DNA of 64,000 nucleotides, taken from contig CBDCXM010000008.1 of the NCBI GenBank assembly GCA_965223855.1, positions 352,001 to 416,000 on the forward strand. Direction: 5' to 3'. Numbering within the stretch: position 1 is the first letter of the stretch; each line of letters begins with the position of its first letter. The notes under the pieces were generated by a model that had not been told where the DNA came from, ran no database searches, and saw only the letters and a program-made list of their open reading frames with translations. This document shows, piece after piece, positions 1-10,090 of the stretch. Source of the DNA: Candidatus Multivoradales bacterium (lineage in GTDB: Bacteria > Acidobacteriota > Thermoanaerobaculia > Multivoradales > JAHEKO01). Position numbers and translations under genes: made by a program.

Positions 1-177
1 ACCCGTGAAAACGGAACGACCTCGGGAGACATTTCCCCCGAAGCCGGTCGTGAACCGCAGTATAGCAAAGCCTGCTAGTAGCAAGCTTCTCGCCTGGCTC
101 GAGCGGTCGGTCGCTCCCCGCCGGCGCCGTGCCACCGTTGGAGCGGCATCGGCGCCGGCGTCAGGCTGGGTCCGAGC

Positions 178-1206
178 TCAGAATGCGTATTGCACTCCGA
201 GGACCCACTGGACGTCGGTCTCGAGTTGCGGCCCGTCGAGATCCTGCACGACCGGCACCAGGTACTCGAGCGCCACCCTGAGACCGTCCGCCACACCCGA
301 CTGGGCCTCGAAGTTGAGCCCGACGCCGAAGTCGAGCCTCGAGCCACCGCGCAGGTCGGGGAAAACGGTCGGCACCAGCCGTGAGGCGACTGCGCCCGCC
401 AGCCGAGGGTCCGCTCCGTCGATGTCGCTCCAGTCGGCGAGCGCCAGCCGCCCTGACCAGCTCCACGACGTCCCCGCGCGTCGGGCGATCCACGCCGTCG
501 CATCGAAGCGGTCGCCCAACGTGTAGTCGCGGTCGTTCTCGCCGGTTCGGACCGTGGCTATCCCCTGGCCGCCCCAGGACCAGCGATCGCTCTGCCCGAG
601 CCAGGTCCCGCCGACGATGGCGTCCCAGGTACCGGAGCCGAGCTGCATCGGGTACGGCAGTTGAGCCGCGGCCGGGGCGCTCGCCGGCGTCACGTCGGCC
701 TCGTCGATCGACCCGGTCGGCGCGCTGACGCCGAGGTTGAGGTGAAACCGGGTGCCTTCGGAGTCGAAAAGCTTCCACAGCGCGGTCAGTCGAAGGTCGC
801 CGATGCCTGAGGAGCTGGTGGTGAAGCGGCCGCCCGCCCGGGTCAGGTGGTCCATCTCGAGATTGACCGAGGGCACCATCGCCATCAGGGTCAGGGTGTC
901 GCTCGGCGCGTACATCGCGCCCAGCATGTGCATCCCCATCGTCATCCGCGTCGGCGTGACGATGAAGCCCTGGCCGGCCGGCGAGACGACCTCCAGGTCA
1001 GAGATTGCGGAGGATCCGAGCAGGCTGCCCTCCATGTCCATCCACATGTAGCGGTACGACACCATCCACTCGCCGCGGGAGTGCGTGTGCTCACCCATGA
1101 CGCCGATCGGCGCGTGCCCGTCCGGGCGCGCCGAGGTCCAGTGGGCTCGGGCCGACGTTGCGGTCCACAGCAGCAACGACAGTGCGATCCAGATCATCTT
1201 CTTCAA
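178..1206 (-). CDS. His/Met-rich outer-membrane beta-barrel 'transporter' family protein, probably metal uptake
   Basis: Signal peptide; RPDGHAPIGVMGEHTH motif; Met-rich MTMGMHMLGAMY; amphipathic strands; C-terminal YAF OMP signature; AAGGAG SD before the TTG start. Confidence 0.75.
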   Translation of the reverse strand: MKKMIWIALSLLLWTATSARAHWTSARPDGHAPIGVMGEHTHSRGEWMVSYRYMWMDMEGSLLGSSAISDLEVVSPAGQGFIVTPTRMTMGMHMLGAMYAPSDTLTLMAMVPSVNLEMDHLTRAGGRFTTSSSGIGDLRLTALWKLFDSEGTRFHLNLGVSAPTGSIDEADVTPASAPAAAQLPYPMQLGSGTWDAIVGGTWLGQSDRWSWGGQGIATVRTGENDRDYTLGDRFDATAWIARRAGTSWSWSGRLALADWSDIDGADPRLAGAVASRLVPTVFPDLRGGSRLDFGVGLNFEAQSGVADGLRVALEYLVPVVQDLDGPQLETDVQWVLGVQYAF

Positions 1207-1377
1207 CGGTAGCTCCTTCTCTCTTCGCTGCTCGTTTCCGGCAGCTCTCTAATTCAGCCACTTCATTCGCCACTCACATCTGGCGTGCGGAGCGTCGACG
1301 CGCCGCCACGCCCGGCGCTCGCCGGCTCGCTGACGCGCTCCGGGGGCCGGCCTGCCGGACTCGGTCGTCCTGCAGGA

Positions 1378-1800
1378 TCAGGAGAGAAGGACTGGGGGGC
1401 CGCGGGGCGAGGGGCCGGAGACGGCTTGCCAGGCCCGCACGAGCGCACTCGAGCCTCGGAGCCGCTCTTCGGCTTCGAGGAGCTGGTTCGCGACCAGCTC
1501 TGCAAGCGCGATCGATTCGCCGGAAACCTGTCCCAGCGGGCAAGGTTCGCCGCTCGGAGCCCTGTCGTCGTCAGCGGGCTCTTCGCTCGCCGACGTGCTG
1601 GCGACTCCCTGATGCTCGTGGTGGCCCTCGGTCTCCAGAGAGACGGAAAGCTCCATCGCCCAACTGGGACAAGCCGTGACCGGCCAGCCGTGCGCGATCG
1701 GCGCCGGCATGAAGCCGACCGGAACGAGCGCCCGGAAGCCAAAACCGACTGCCAGCAGAACCGCCGATCCGAGCCGAGGGCTGAGGGCGGAAGCGATCAT
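1378..1800 (-). CDS. DUF2946-like leader/arrest peptide (CruR-like)
   Basis: N-terminal hydrophobic segment with RALVPVGFMP, His patch (GHHEH), two Cys (ACP, PCPLG), C-terminal PRGPP four codons before the stop; lies upstream of the OM protein gene. Confidence 0.75.
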   Translation of the reverse strand: MIASALSPRLGSAVLLAVGFGFRALVPVGFMPAPIAHGWPVTACPSWAMELSVSLETEGHHEHQGVASTSASEEPADDDRAPSGEPCPLGQVSGESIALAELVANQLLEAEERLRGSSALVRAWQAVSGPSPRGPPVLLS

Positions 1801-1861
1801 CGCCCCGCGATTCTAGCGCCCTCGAATACCGGCGCCACCTCGACTTCGGACTGCTGGGCGG

Positions 1862-2461
1862 CTACTCGGCGGTCGGCAGCGGTCTGCGATCCATCACCCG
1901 ATCGACGATGCCGTACTCGACGGCGGCGTCGGCGGTGAGGATCTTGTCGCGCTCGGTGTCGGCGTGGATCTCTTCCTTCGACTTGCCCGTGTGGGCGGCG
2001 AGGATCTCGTCCATGCGGTCGCGCATCCGCGTCAGGTCCTTGGCGTGGATGTCGATGTCGGTCTGCTGTCCCTGGAGGCCATAGAGCAGCGGCTGATGAA
2101 TCAGGACCCGGCTGTTCGGCAGGACCGCCCGCTTCCCCTTCGTTCCGCCGGCGAGGAGCACCGCCGCCATCGACGCCGCCTGGCCGACGCACAGTGTGGC
2201 GACGTCGGGCTTGATGTACTGCATCGTGTCGTAGATCGCCATCCCCGCGGTGATCGATCCGCCCGGAGAGTTGAGGTAGAGGGAGATGTCGCGCTCGGGG
2301 TTCTCGGCCTCGAGGAAGAGCATCTGCGCGATGATCAGATTGGAAACGTCGTCGTCGATCGGCCGTCCGAGAAAGACGATGTTGTCCTTCAGCAACCGGC
2401 TGTAGATGTCGTACGCCCGCTCGCCGCGGTTGGTCTGTTCGACGACCATCGGGATCAGCAT
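1862..2461 (-). CDS. clpP: ATP-dependent Clp protease proteolytic subunit
   Basis: [41 protein letters not shown]; start trimmed to the ATG at 2461. Confidence 0.97.
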   Translation of the reverse strand: MLIPMVVEQTNRGERAYDIYSRLLKDNIVFLGRPIDDDVSNLIIAQMLFLEAENPERDISLYLNSPGGSITAGMAIYDTMQYIKPDVATLCVGQAASMAAVLLAGGTKGKRAVLPNSRVLIHQPLLYGLQGQQTDIDIHAKDLTRMRDRMDEILAAHTGKSKEEIHADTERDKILTADAAVEYGIVDRVMDRRPLPTAE

Positions 2462-2463
2462 CT

Positions 2464-3801
2464 CTATTCCTCCTCGCCTGCGCTCTCGGCCCCGGCACCG
2501 GCCGCGGCCATCACCGGCGACGCTATCGGATTCGTCTCTTCTTCGCCCAGCAGCCGTCTGAGCGCGCGCTCCCTTTGCAACTGCGCGCGGAGTTCCTGCA
2601 GACGGCCGTCGCGGTCGAGCGCCTGGCGGAGCTGGCCGGCCGAGACTCCCTGCGCCCTGGCGAGCCCGGCGAGGGTCGCTTCGAACTCGTCCTCGGGAAT
2701 CCGGATCTCGAGCTTCCCCGCCACCCCGTCGAGCAGCAGCCGCGAGTGCACTCGCGCTTCCGCCTGCGGCCGGACTTCCGTGGCCAGCGCCTCCCAGTCG
2801 ATCTCGGCCTGGGAGGGATCGACGCCGCGCTGGCTCAGCCCCTCGGCGTAGTCGGTCAGCATGCTCCTGACCTCCCGCTCTACGACGCCCTCGGGAAGCT
2901 CGGTCGGATTGCGCTGGCGAAGCTGGTCGAGCAGCGCGCTCTCCCGCATCCTGCGCCCTTCCTGCTGCTTCGAGTAGTCGAGCCGGCGGCGCACGTCGTC
3001 GATCAGCTCCTGGGCATCGTCGAATTTGCCGAGCCGCGCGGCCAGCTCGTCGTCGAGCTCCGGCAGCTCGCGCTCTTTGACCGCCGTCAGTTCGAGGCGG
3101 TACTCGCGCCGCACCGGTGCAGCCGCTTCTTCTCCCTCGCCCGGCTCGGCGGGAGTCTCCTCGCGACTGAAGCTCGCTTTCTGGCCGGCCTTCTTGCCGG
3201 TCACCTCGATCGACAGCTCCTCCCAGACGTTGGGGTCGCCGACCTCGAAAGCGACCTCGTGTTCCTCCTCGTCGCTGCCGTCGACCTCGCGCAGCCTGGC
3301 CTCCACCAGCAGACCGTTCGACGCTTCCTTCTCGACCTCCACCCACGGCGCCACGTCGCGTCGCAGGTCCTCGAGCGCCCGATCGAGTTCCTCGTCGCTC
3401 GCCGCCTCCGCACGCGGCGGCAGGTCGAAGTCCTCGAGGTTCTTCAGCTCGAACTCCGGCCGCACCTCGACGAGTGCGGTGAAGGTGAGCGGCGCCCCCG
3501 CCAGATGGGAGACGTCCTCGACCGTGGGCGGCAGGATCGGGTCGAGTTCCGCCTCCGCCTCGGCCTGGCGCCAGTAGCGAGGCAGCAAACGGTCCACCAC
3601 CTCCTGCTGGATCTCCTCGCCGAAACGCTGAAGGACGATCTCGGACGGCACCTTCCCCTTGCGGAAGCCTGGCAGCCGTGCCTGCCCCCGGTACTCGGCG
3701 GTGATGCGAGCGGTCTCGGCCTCGACCGTCGCGGCGGGCACCTCGACCTTCAGGCGCTTGCGACAGGGGCCCGCTTCTTCGACGGACAGAACAACACTCA
3801 T
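2464..3801 (-). CDS. tig: Trigger factor
   Basis: [10 protein letters not shown] ribosome-binding signature; directly upstream of clpP. Confidence 0.95.
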   Translation of the reverse strand: MSVVLSVEEAGPCRKRLKVEVPAATVEAETARITAEYRGQARLPGFRKGKVPSEIVLQRFGEEIQQEVVDRLLPRYWRQAEAEAELDPILPPTVEDVSHLAGAPLTFTALVEVRPEFELKNLEDFDLPPRAEAASDEELDRALEDLRRDVAPWVEVEKEASNGLLVEARLREVDGSDEEEHEVAFEVGDPNVWEELSIEVTGKKAGQKASFSREETPAEPGEGEEAAAPVRREYRLELTAVKERELPELDDELAARLGKFDDAQELIDDVRRRLDYSKQQEGRRMRESALLDQLRQRNPTELPEGVVEREVRSMLTDYAEGLSQRGVDPSQAEIDWEALATEVRPQAEARVHSRLLLDGVAGKLEIRIPEDEFEATLAGLARAQGVSAGQLRQALDRDGRLQELRAQLQRERALRRLLGEEETNPIASPVMAAAGAGAESAGEEE

Positions 3802-3915
3802 GACGGGTTTCTCTCGGGGAACTGGTTGGGGACCGGGGGTGTTCGCGGAGACTGCCCCGGAGCGAGACCCTCGGAGCCGGCTGGCGCCGGGAGGGTGTGC
3901 GGCTCTGCGTGAACG

Positions 3916-3960
3916 GGCGGCTGCGAAAGGACTGAGTGCGAAAGAGGCTGGTGCGAAAGG
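3916..3960 (-). repeat. Three imperfect 15-bp tandem units; the first is the tRNA-Leu 3' end
   Basis: Minus strand CCTTTCGCACCAGCC / TCTTTCGCACTCAGT / CCTTTCGCAGCCGCC. Confidence 0.6.
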
Positions 3961-4034
3961 GGGGACTCGAACCCCCACCCCTCGAAGGGACTAGATCCTA
4001 AGTCTAGCGCGTCTACCAATTCCGCCACTTTCGC
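3949..4034 (-). tRNA. tRNA-Leu(TAG)
   Basis: GCGAAAG acceptor stem, CTAGA-CTTAGGA-TCTAG anticodon arm, long variable arm, GTTCGAGTC T-loop, encoded CCA. Confidence 0.96.
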
Positions 4035-4100
4035 TCGGAAACGCTCCGAGGCGACGCAGATCGAACCGGCACACATCGCCGGGTCGGAGAAGAAAAGCAG

Positions 4101-4176
4101 TGGTGAGCCGCCAGGGACTCGAACCCCGAACCCGCAGATTAAGAGTCTGCTGCTCTACCAGTTGAGCTAGCGGCCC
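4101..4176 (-). tRNA. tRNA-Lys(CTT)
   Basis: GGGCCGCTAGCTCAACTGGTAGAGC... GCAGA-CTCTTAA-TCTGC anticodon arm, GTTCGAGTC, CCA; 76 nt. Confidence 0.96.
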
Positions 4177-4290
4177 ACGCACGGGGCGACGCCCCGGACG
4201 CGGAATTGTACTCACGCACCGTCGACGCCTCAACCCCGATTCGCGACCCGACCGACTGGCGGCCCCACAGCCGGTGCGGGAGGCGCGATG

Positions 4291-4524
4291 TCAACCTCCC
4301 TGGACGAAACGGACGAGTTCGATCCGATCGCCGGAAGCGAGCCCGGTCGACTCGTACTCGCCGCGCGGGACGATCGAACCGTTGTGCTCCACCGCGACCA
4401 ACCGCGGATCGAGACCGAGAGAAGCGACCAGCTGCGCCACGCTCGCGACTCCGGTGAGCGACGTGACGTCGCCGTTGAGAGTCACCTCGAGGGCAGCCGG
4501 GCGCTCCTGCCGAGAGCCGTTCAC
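4291..4524 (-). CDS. thiS: Sulfur carrier protein ThiS
   Basis: Small ubiquitin-like protein; VAVEHNGSIVPR...GDRIELVRFVQGG, C-terminal GG. Confidence 0.9.
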   Translation of the reverse strand: MNGSRQERPAALEVTLNGDVTSLTGVASVAQLVASLGLDPRLVAVEHNGSIVPRGEYESTGLASGDRIELVRFVQGG

Positions 4525-5336
4525 AACAGGTGCTTGATCTCGGCGCTTCCGATCGAGCTCGACGCCGTGATGATGAGGGCCGCCGAGTTCTCCGGCACCT
4601 CCGGGACATCGACGACGAGCTGCAGGGTGCCGTCCTCGTCGGTGCTCCCCTCGGCGAGAGTCAGCGGGGCTCCGGTCTTCGAGATCATCCTCACGGCGAT
4701 CCTCGCAGCGGCGATCGGCTTGCCCGAGCGACTGGCGTGCGTCCCGAGGTCCATCCTCGTCGTCGAGCCGCTCGCGAGCGCCGGGCTCTCGTCCATCAGG
4801 AGCACGAGACTCTCTTCGGCGGCGACGCTCGACAGGTAGTCGAAGATCACCTGGTCGAGACTCGGCGCGCCGTCGGCCGGCGGTGACAGCGTGACAGGGG
4901 TCGGTGTCGGCATCGACGCCGGCGTCGGCGTCGGCATCAGGATCGGCTCCGGAGCCTCCTCTTCGGACGCCGCCGCCTCTTCGTCCTCGTCACCGAACAG
5001 CGCCCTCGCCTGCTGCATCATTCGAGCGGTCGCGATCGAAGGCTCGTCATCGACCTCTACGGCCCCGTCCGCACCTTCGGGAGTCTGTTCGTCGAACCGA
5101 CCCTCGCGGATCTGCTGGATCATCACCCGGTGCTGGCGTTCCATCAGCTTGGCGATCTCCTTGCGCCCGCCTCCCTCCTCCAGCACCTGCCGATAGGTCG
5201 CCCGCTTGCGAGCGAGGATCCGCCCGCCGACGTAGATCAGGCTCTCGATCCAGGCGCTGTCTTCCCCCTTGTCCTCGGTCTGGACGTGGAAGACGCTGCC
5301 CCGATGCTTGATGTCGTTGTTGAACCCGGTGATCAT
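4521..5336 (-). CDS. Conserved hypothetical protein
   Basis: N-terminal MITGFNNDIKHRGSVFHVQTED domain, acidic/PT-rich linker, beta-rich C-domain; stop overlaps the thiS start. Confidence 0.75.
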   Translation of the reverse strand: MITGFNNDIKHRGSVFHVQTEDKGEDSAWIESLIYVGGRILARKRATYRQVLEEGGGRKEIAKLMERQHRVMIQQIREGRFDEQTPEGADGAVEVDDEPSIATARMMQQARALFGDEDEEAAASEEEAPEPILMPTPTPASMPTPTPVTLSPPADGAPSLDQVIFDYLSSVAAEESLVLLMDESPALASGSTTRMDLGTHASRSGKPIAAARIAVRMISKTGAPLTLAEGSTDEDGTLQLVVDVPEVPENSAALIITASSSIGSAEIKHLL

Positions 5337-5422
5337 GACGGAACGGGGCTTCGTTGCTCGAAGAGCTATCGAAGGCCCGCGAATTCTACGTCCGGCGTTC
5401 GCGCCGATACAATGCTCGCGCG

Positions 5423-6472
5423 ATGGAGCGTCTGTATTCGATCGGCATCGGAGCCCCGGTGCGGGACATCCCGGCACCCGAGGGTGACCCCTCCTCGAGA
5501 CTCGTCGACGCGTTCGGCCGCCGCCTGACCTACCTGCGCGTTTCGGTCACCGATCGCTGCAACTTCAGGTGTCTGTACTGCCTTCCGGAGGACGCCGACT
5601 TCCCCTTCGGCGACCGCGACTTCCTCGACGCCGCCCAGTTCGAACGCCTCGTCGGCACCCTCGTCGATCTGGGCATCCGGCGGGTTCGCCTGACCGGCGG
5701 CGAGCCGCTGGTACGGCGCGACATCGTCGAGATCGTCCGCCGGCTGGCGGCGCTGCCCGGCCTCGATGACCTGGCGCTGTCGACCAACGGCACCGAACTG
5801 CCCCGGCTCGCTCGCCCGCTTCGCGACGCCGGGCTCGAGCGGGTCAACGTCAGTATCGACACGCTCGACGGTGAGCGCTTCCATCAGATCACCCGCCGCG
5901 ACGACCTCGAGAAGGTCTGGAGCGGCGTCGAGGCGGCGCTCGAGGCCGGGCTCGACCCGGTCAAGCTCAACTGCGTCCTGATGGCGGACCACGAGCCCGA
6001 GGATCTCGATCGACTCGTCGACCTCAGCCTCGAACGTCCGCTGTCGGTGCGCTTCATCGAGATGATGCCGACCGCTTCGAACGAGCACCTGCAGCCGGAC
6101 CGCTTTCGATCCTGTGACTGGCTGCGCGAGCGCATCGAGCGCCGCCACGGCGCCCTCGAGCCGGCGGACCCTGCCCGACGCACCGGGCCGGCGAAGGCGT
6201 TCCGCATCGCCGGTGCAACGGGGAGCGTCGGCTTCATCACCCCGCTCTCGCACACCTTCTGCAAGGACTGCAACCGCCTGCGCCTGACCGCCCGCGGCGA
6301 GTTGCGTCTGTGCCTCTTCGCCGACCACGTTCACCCGCTGCGACACCTCCTCGAAGATCGCACCGCGCTCGAGGACGAGATCCTGCGAGTGCTGGCCGAC
6401 AAGCCCGAGGAGCACATGTTGACCGCCGGCGACTACGGCAACCTGGCGAGCTTCATGGAGATCGGCGGCTGA
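5423..6472 (+). CDS. moaA: GTP 3',8-cyclase MoaA
   Basis: LVDAFGR, YLRVSVTDRCNFRCLYC radical SAM motif, CKDCNRLR, C-terminal MEIGG. Confidence 0.96.
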   Translation: MERLYSIGIGAPVRDIPAPEGDPSSRLVDAFGRRLTYLRVSVTDRCNFRCLYCLPEDADFPFGDRDFLDAAQFERLVGTLVDLGIRRVRLTGGEPLVRRDIVEIVRRLAALPGLDDLALSTNGTELPRLARPLRDAGLERVNVSIDTLDGERFHQITRRDDLEKVWSGVEAALEAGLDPVKLNCVLMADHEPEDLDRLVDLSLERPLSVRFIEMMPTASNEHLQPDRFRSCDWLRERIERRHGALEPADPARRTGPAKAFRIAGATGSVGFITPLSHTFCKDCNRLRLTARGELRLCLFADHVHPLRHLLEDRTALEDEILRVLADKPEEHMLTAGDYGNLASFMEIGG

Positions 6473-6645
6473 CCCGCACCGGCCGGCCGCATCGGCTGCC
6501 CGCATCGGCTGTCGGCATCGGCTGACCAGGCTGGTTGAAGCCCGCTCCACGCCGTGAGAAACTGAGGACGGCAGAGGCCCTCGCCACGAGGCTCCTCCGC
6601 CCCACCCCACAAGTCGAGTCTCACCATCCCAACCGGAGGTTTTCC

Positions 6646-7437
6646 ATGTCCGATCGAAGACTGGTCGAATACGAGGTCCGTGAAGGTGTCGCGTATCTGA
6701 CGCTCACCGACCCGCCTGCCAACACCTACACCCACGAGATGATGCGGGATCTCGACGAAGCGATCCTCAAGGCGCGTTTCGATCCGGACGTCCACGTCCT
6801 GGTGCTGACCGGCGAGGGCGAGAAGTTCTTCTGCGCCGGCGCCAACATCAAGATGCTCCAGGAGTCGGACCCGACCTTCAAGTACTTCTTCTGCCTCCAC
6901 GCCAACGAGACGCTGAGCCGCCTCGAGCAGACGCCGAAGCTGGTGATCGCCGCGCTCAACGGCCACACCGTCGGCGGCGGCCTCGAGATCGCCATGGCGG
7001 CGGATCTCAGGATCGCCCGCAAGGACGCCGGCAAGCTCGGCCTGCCGGAGATCAATCTCGGCGTGCTGCCCGGCACCGGCGGCACCCAGCGCCTGGCGCG
7101 CATGATCGGCAAGTCGAAGGCGATCGAGCTGATGGTCACCGGCGAGCTGTTCAGTTTCGAGCGCGGTGAAGAGCTCGGGCTCGTCAACAAGATCTTCGAG
7201 GGCGACGACTTCATGGAGCAGGTGCACGCCTACGCCGCTCAGTTCACCCTCCCCGGCACCGCCGCCAAGGCCGCCGGTCGCATCAAGCGATCGGTGCAGT
7301 CGGGAACCGAGGTGCCGTTCGAGAGCGGGCTCGCCATCGAGCGAGAGCTCCAGCAGCTGCTCTTCTCGAGCCAGGATGCCAAGGAGGGGCTGGCCGCCTA
7401 CGTCGAGAAGCGCAAGCCGTCGTTTTCGGGTAACTGA
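6646..7437 (+). CDS. Enoyl-CoA hydratase/isomerase family protein
   Basis: FFCAGANI, GGGLEIAMAADLR, GLPEINLGVLPGTGGTQRL; GGAGG SD. Confidence 0.92.
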   Translation: MSDRRLVEYEVREGVAYLTLTDPPANTYTHEMMRDLDEAILKARFDPDVHVLVLTGEGEKFFCAGANIKMLQESDPTFKYFFCLHANETLSRLEQTPKLVIAALNGHTVGGGLEIAMAADLRIARKDAGKLGLPEINLGVLPGTGGTQRLARMIGKSKAIELMVTGELFSFERGEELGLVNKIFEGDDFMEQVHAYAAQFTLPGTAAKAAGRIKRSVQSGTEVPFESGLAIERELQQLLFSSQDAKEGLAAYVEKRKPSFSGN

Positions 7438-7439
7438 CG

Positions 7440-8897
7440 TTGAGCGACGGTCCCAGGCTCCCCCCGGCGAAGCTCTACATCGGTGGCGAGTGGGTCGAGC
7501 CGGAAGCCGGCAAGACCTTCGTCACCGAGAATCCCGCCACCGAGGAGGCGATCTGCGAGGTCGCCTCCGCCTCGGCGGCCGATGTGGATCGCGCCGTCGA
7601 GGCCGCCGCGGCCGCGCAGCGCGGTGAGTGGGCGAAGCTCTCGGCGCGCGAACGCGGCAAGCTGATCTGGCGGCTGGCGGACGCTCTCGAGGCGTCGATC
7701 GACGACTTCGCGCTCGTCGAGACGCTCGACAACGGCAAGCCGATCTTCGAGTCGCGCTACGTCGACATGCCGTCGGTCATCGACTGTCTGCGCTACTACG
7801 CCGGCTGGGCGGACAAGGTCGTCGGGGAGACGCTGCCGCTGTCGGGCCCGATGGTGCTCAACTACACCCTGCGCGAACCGGTCGGCGTGGTCGGCGCCAT
7901 CACACCCTGGAACTTCCCTCTGCTGCTGGCGTCGTGGAAGATCGCTCCGGCGCTCGCCTGCGGCAACACCGTGGTCCACAAGCCGGCGTCGCTGACGCCG
8001 CTGACGGCGCTCAAGCTCGCCGAGCTGGCGACCGAGGTCGGCATTCCGGCCGGAGTGCTCAACGTCGTCCCGGGCGGCGGTTCGGAGGTCGGCGGCACCA
8101 TGGTCGCCCATCCGGGGATTCAGAAGATCGCCTTCACCGGCTCGACCCAGGTCGGCGTCGGAATCGCCAAGCAGGCGGCCGAGAGCGTCAAGAGGCTGTC
8201 GCTCGAGCTCGGCGGCAAGTCGCCCAACGTCGTCTTCGCCGACGCCGACATCGACGCCGCGGTGAAGGGCGCCTTCAACGGCATCTTCTACGGCAAGGGC
8301 GAGGTGTGCGCGGCGGGTTCGCGACTGTTCGTCGAGCGCTCGGCGCACGACGAGCTGATCGAAAAGCTAGTCGCCCGCACCGAGAGCCTGCAGCCCGCCG
8401 ACCCGCAGCACCCCAAGACGCGTCTCGGGCCGCTGGTGTCCGAGGGACAGCGCGAGAGCGTGCTCGGCTATGTCGACAAGGGCAAGTCGGAGGGTGCCGA
8501 GGTCGCGACCGGCGGCGAGGCGGCCGACGTCGACGGCAAGGGGTGGTTCATGCGCCCCACCGTACTGACCGGGGTCGACAACTCGATGACGGTGGCGCAG
8601 GAGGAGATCTTCGGGCCGGTTCTGGTCGCCATCCCGTTCGACGACGTCGAGGAGGCGGTGGCGCTCGCCAACGCCTCGATCTACGGTCTCGCGGCCGGGG
8701 TGTGGACGCGCGACGTCGCCAAGGCCCACCAGGTCGCTTCGCGTCTGGAGGCCGGCACGGTGTGGATCAACCAGTACAACTGGTACGACGCCGGAGCGCC
8801 CTTCGGCGGCTACAAGCAGAGCGGCTACGGCCGCGAGCTCGGCCGCCAGGCGCTCGACCTCTACACCGAGACCAAGACCGTCTTCGTCGGCCGATGA
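7440..8897 (+). CDS. Aldehyde dehydrogenase
   Basis: ITPWNFP, FTGST, LELGGKSP, GEVCAAG, EEIFGPV, FGGYKQSG. Confidence 0.95.
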   Translation: MSDGPRLPPAKLYIGGEWVEPEAGKTFVTENPATEEAICEVASASAADVDRAVEAAAAAQRGEWAKLSARERGKLIWRLADALEASIDDFALVETLDNGKPIFESRYVDMPSVIDCLRYYAGWADKVVGETLPLSGPMVLNYTLREPVGVVGAITPWNFPLLLASWKIAPALACGNTVVHKPASLTPLTALKLAELATEVGIPAGVLNVVPGGGSEVGGTMVAHPGIQKIAFTGSTQVGVGIAKQAAESVKRLSLELGGKSPNVVFADADIDAAVKGAFNGIFYGKGEVCAAGSRLFVERSAHDELIEKLVARTESLQPADPQHPKTRLGPLVSEGQRESVLGYVDKGKSEGAEVATGGEAADVDGKGWFMRPTVLTGVDNSMTVAQEEIFGPVLVAIPFDDVEEAVALANASIYGLAAGVWTRDVAKAHQVASRLEAGTVWINQYNWYDAGAPFGGYKQSGYGRELGRQALDLYTETKTVFVGR

Positions 8898-10090
8898 CGC
8901 CGGGCGCGGAGCCGCTCGTCCTGGCGGCGCCGGTTCGCACGCCGATCGGCAAGTTCGGCGGTGTGCTGGCGCCGCTGTCGGCGGCCGATCTGGGGACCGC
9001 GGCGGCCTCCTCGTGCCTCGAGCGGGCCGGGCTCGACCCGGCGGCGATCGATCAGGTGATCTTCGGTCACGCACGGCAGGCGGGAGGAGGGCCCAACACT
9101 GCCCGCCAGATCGCCTACCGGGCGGGCGTACCGGTGACGTCGACCGCCTACACCGTCAATCAGGCGTGCGCCTCGGGGATGCAGGCGGTGATCTCGGCGG
9201 CGCGAGCGCTGCGCCTCGGCGAAGCCGACATCGTCCTCGCCGGCGGCACCGAGAGCATGTCGAACACCCCCTACCTGCTGCCTCGCGCCCGCTGGGGCTA
9301 CCGGCTCGGCCACGCCGAGCTCACCGACGGCATGTACCGCGACGGCTTCGACTGCCCGCTGGCGAAGATGGTGATGGGAGAGACCGCCGAGGAGCTGGCC
9401 GCCGAGCGTGGCGTGTCGCGTGAGGAGGCCGACGCCTGGGCGGCCGGCAGTCAGCAGCGCAGCGAGAGCGCCCGCCGCAGTGGCCGCTTCGAAGCCGAGA
9501 TCGCGCCAATCACCGTACCGGGGCGGAAGGGCGAGACCGTCGTCTCGGAAGACGAACACCCGCGCGACGGTGTCACCGTCGACGGCCTCGCCAGGCTCCA
9601 GCCGGTGTTCCGGGACGGCGGGACGGTCACCGCCGGCAACGCGTCCGGCATCACTGACGGCGGCGCCGCGCTGCTGGTCGCCACCGAGGCGGCGGCCGAG
9701 CGCCACGGCCTCGTTCCGATCGCCCGTCTGATCGACTGGCAGGTTTCGGGAGTCGAGCCGCGCATCATGGGAATCGGACCGGTGCCGGCGGTGAGGACGC
9801 TCGTCGAGCGTCACCCGTTCGAGCTCGACGCCGTCGACGAGATCGAGCTCAACGAAGCGTTCGCCAGCCAGGTGGTCGCCTGCGTCGACGAGCTCGAGCT
9901 CGCTCCCGAGCGCGTCAACCCCGACGGCGGAGCGATCTCGCTCGGCCATCCGATCGGCTGCACCGGCGCCCGCATCCTCGTCACCCTGCTCCACGGCCTG
10001 GAGGCGCGCGGCGGACGGCGGGGGCTCGCCACGCTGTGTGTGTCGGGGGGTCTCGGCGCCGCTGTGCTGATCGAGCGGGAGGCGGCATGA
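8894..10090 (+). CDS. Thiolase (acetyl-CoA C-acyltransferase)
   Basis: RTPIGKFGG, NQACASG, NEAFA, GHPIGCTG, LCVSGG; ATGA overlap with ALDH. Confidence 0.95.
   Translation: MTPGAEPLVLAAPVRTPIGKFGGVLAPLSAADLGTAAASSCLERAGLDPAAIDQVIFGHARQAGGGPNTARQIAYRAGVPVTSTAYTVNQACASGMQAVISAARALRLGEADIVLAGGTESMSNTPYLLPRARWGYRLGHAELTDGMYRDGFDCPLAKMVMGETAEELAAERGVSREEADAWAAGSQQRSESARRSGRFEAEIAPITVPGRKGETVVSEDEHPRDGVTVDGLARLQPVFRDGGTVTAGNASGITDGGAALLVATEAAAERHGLVPIARLIDWQVSGVEPRIMGIGPVPAVRTLVERHPFELDAVDEIELNEAFASQVVACVDELELAPERVNPDGGAISLGHPIGCTGARILVTLLHGLEARGGRRGLATLCVSGGLGAAVLIEREAA

Noticed and set aside
1801-1861. clpX missing after clpP; gcvP missing after gcvH
   Set aside because: Split operons are common, and absence from one window is uninformative.
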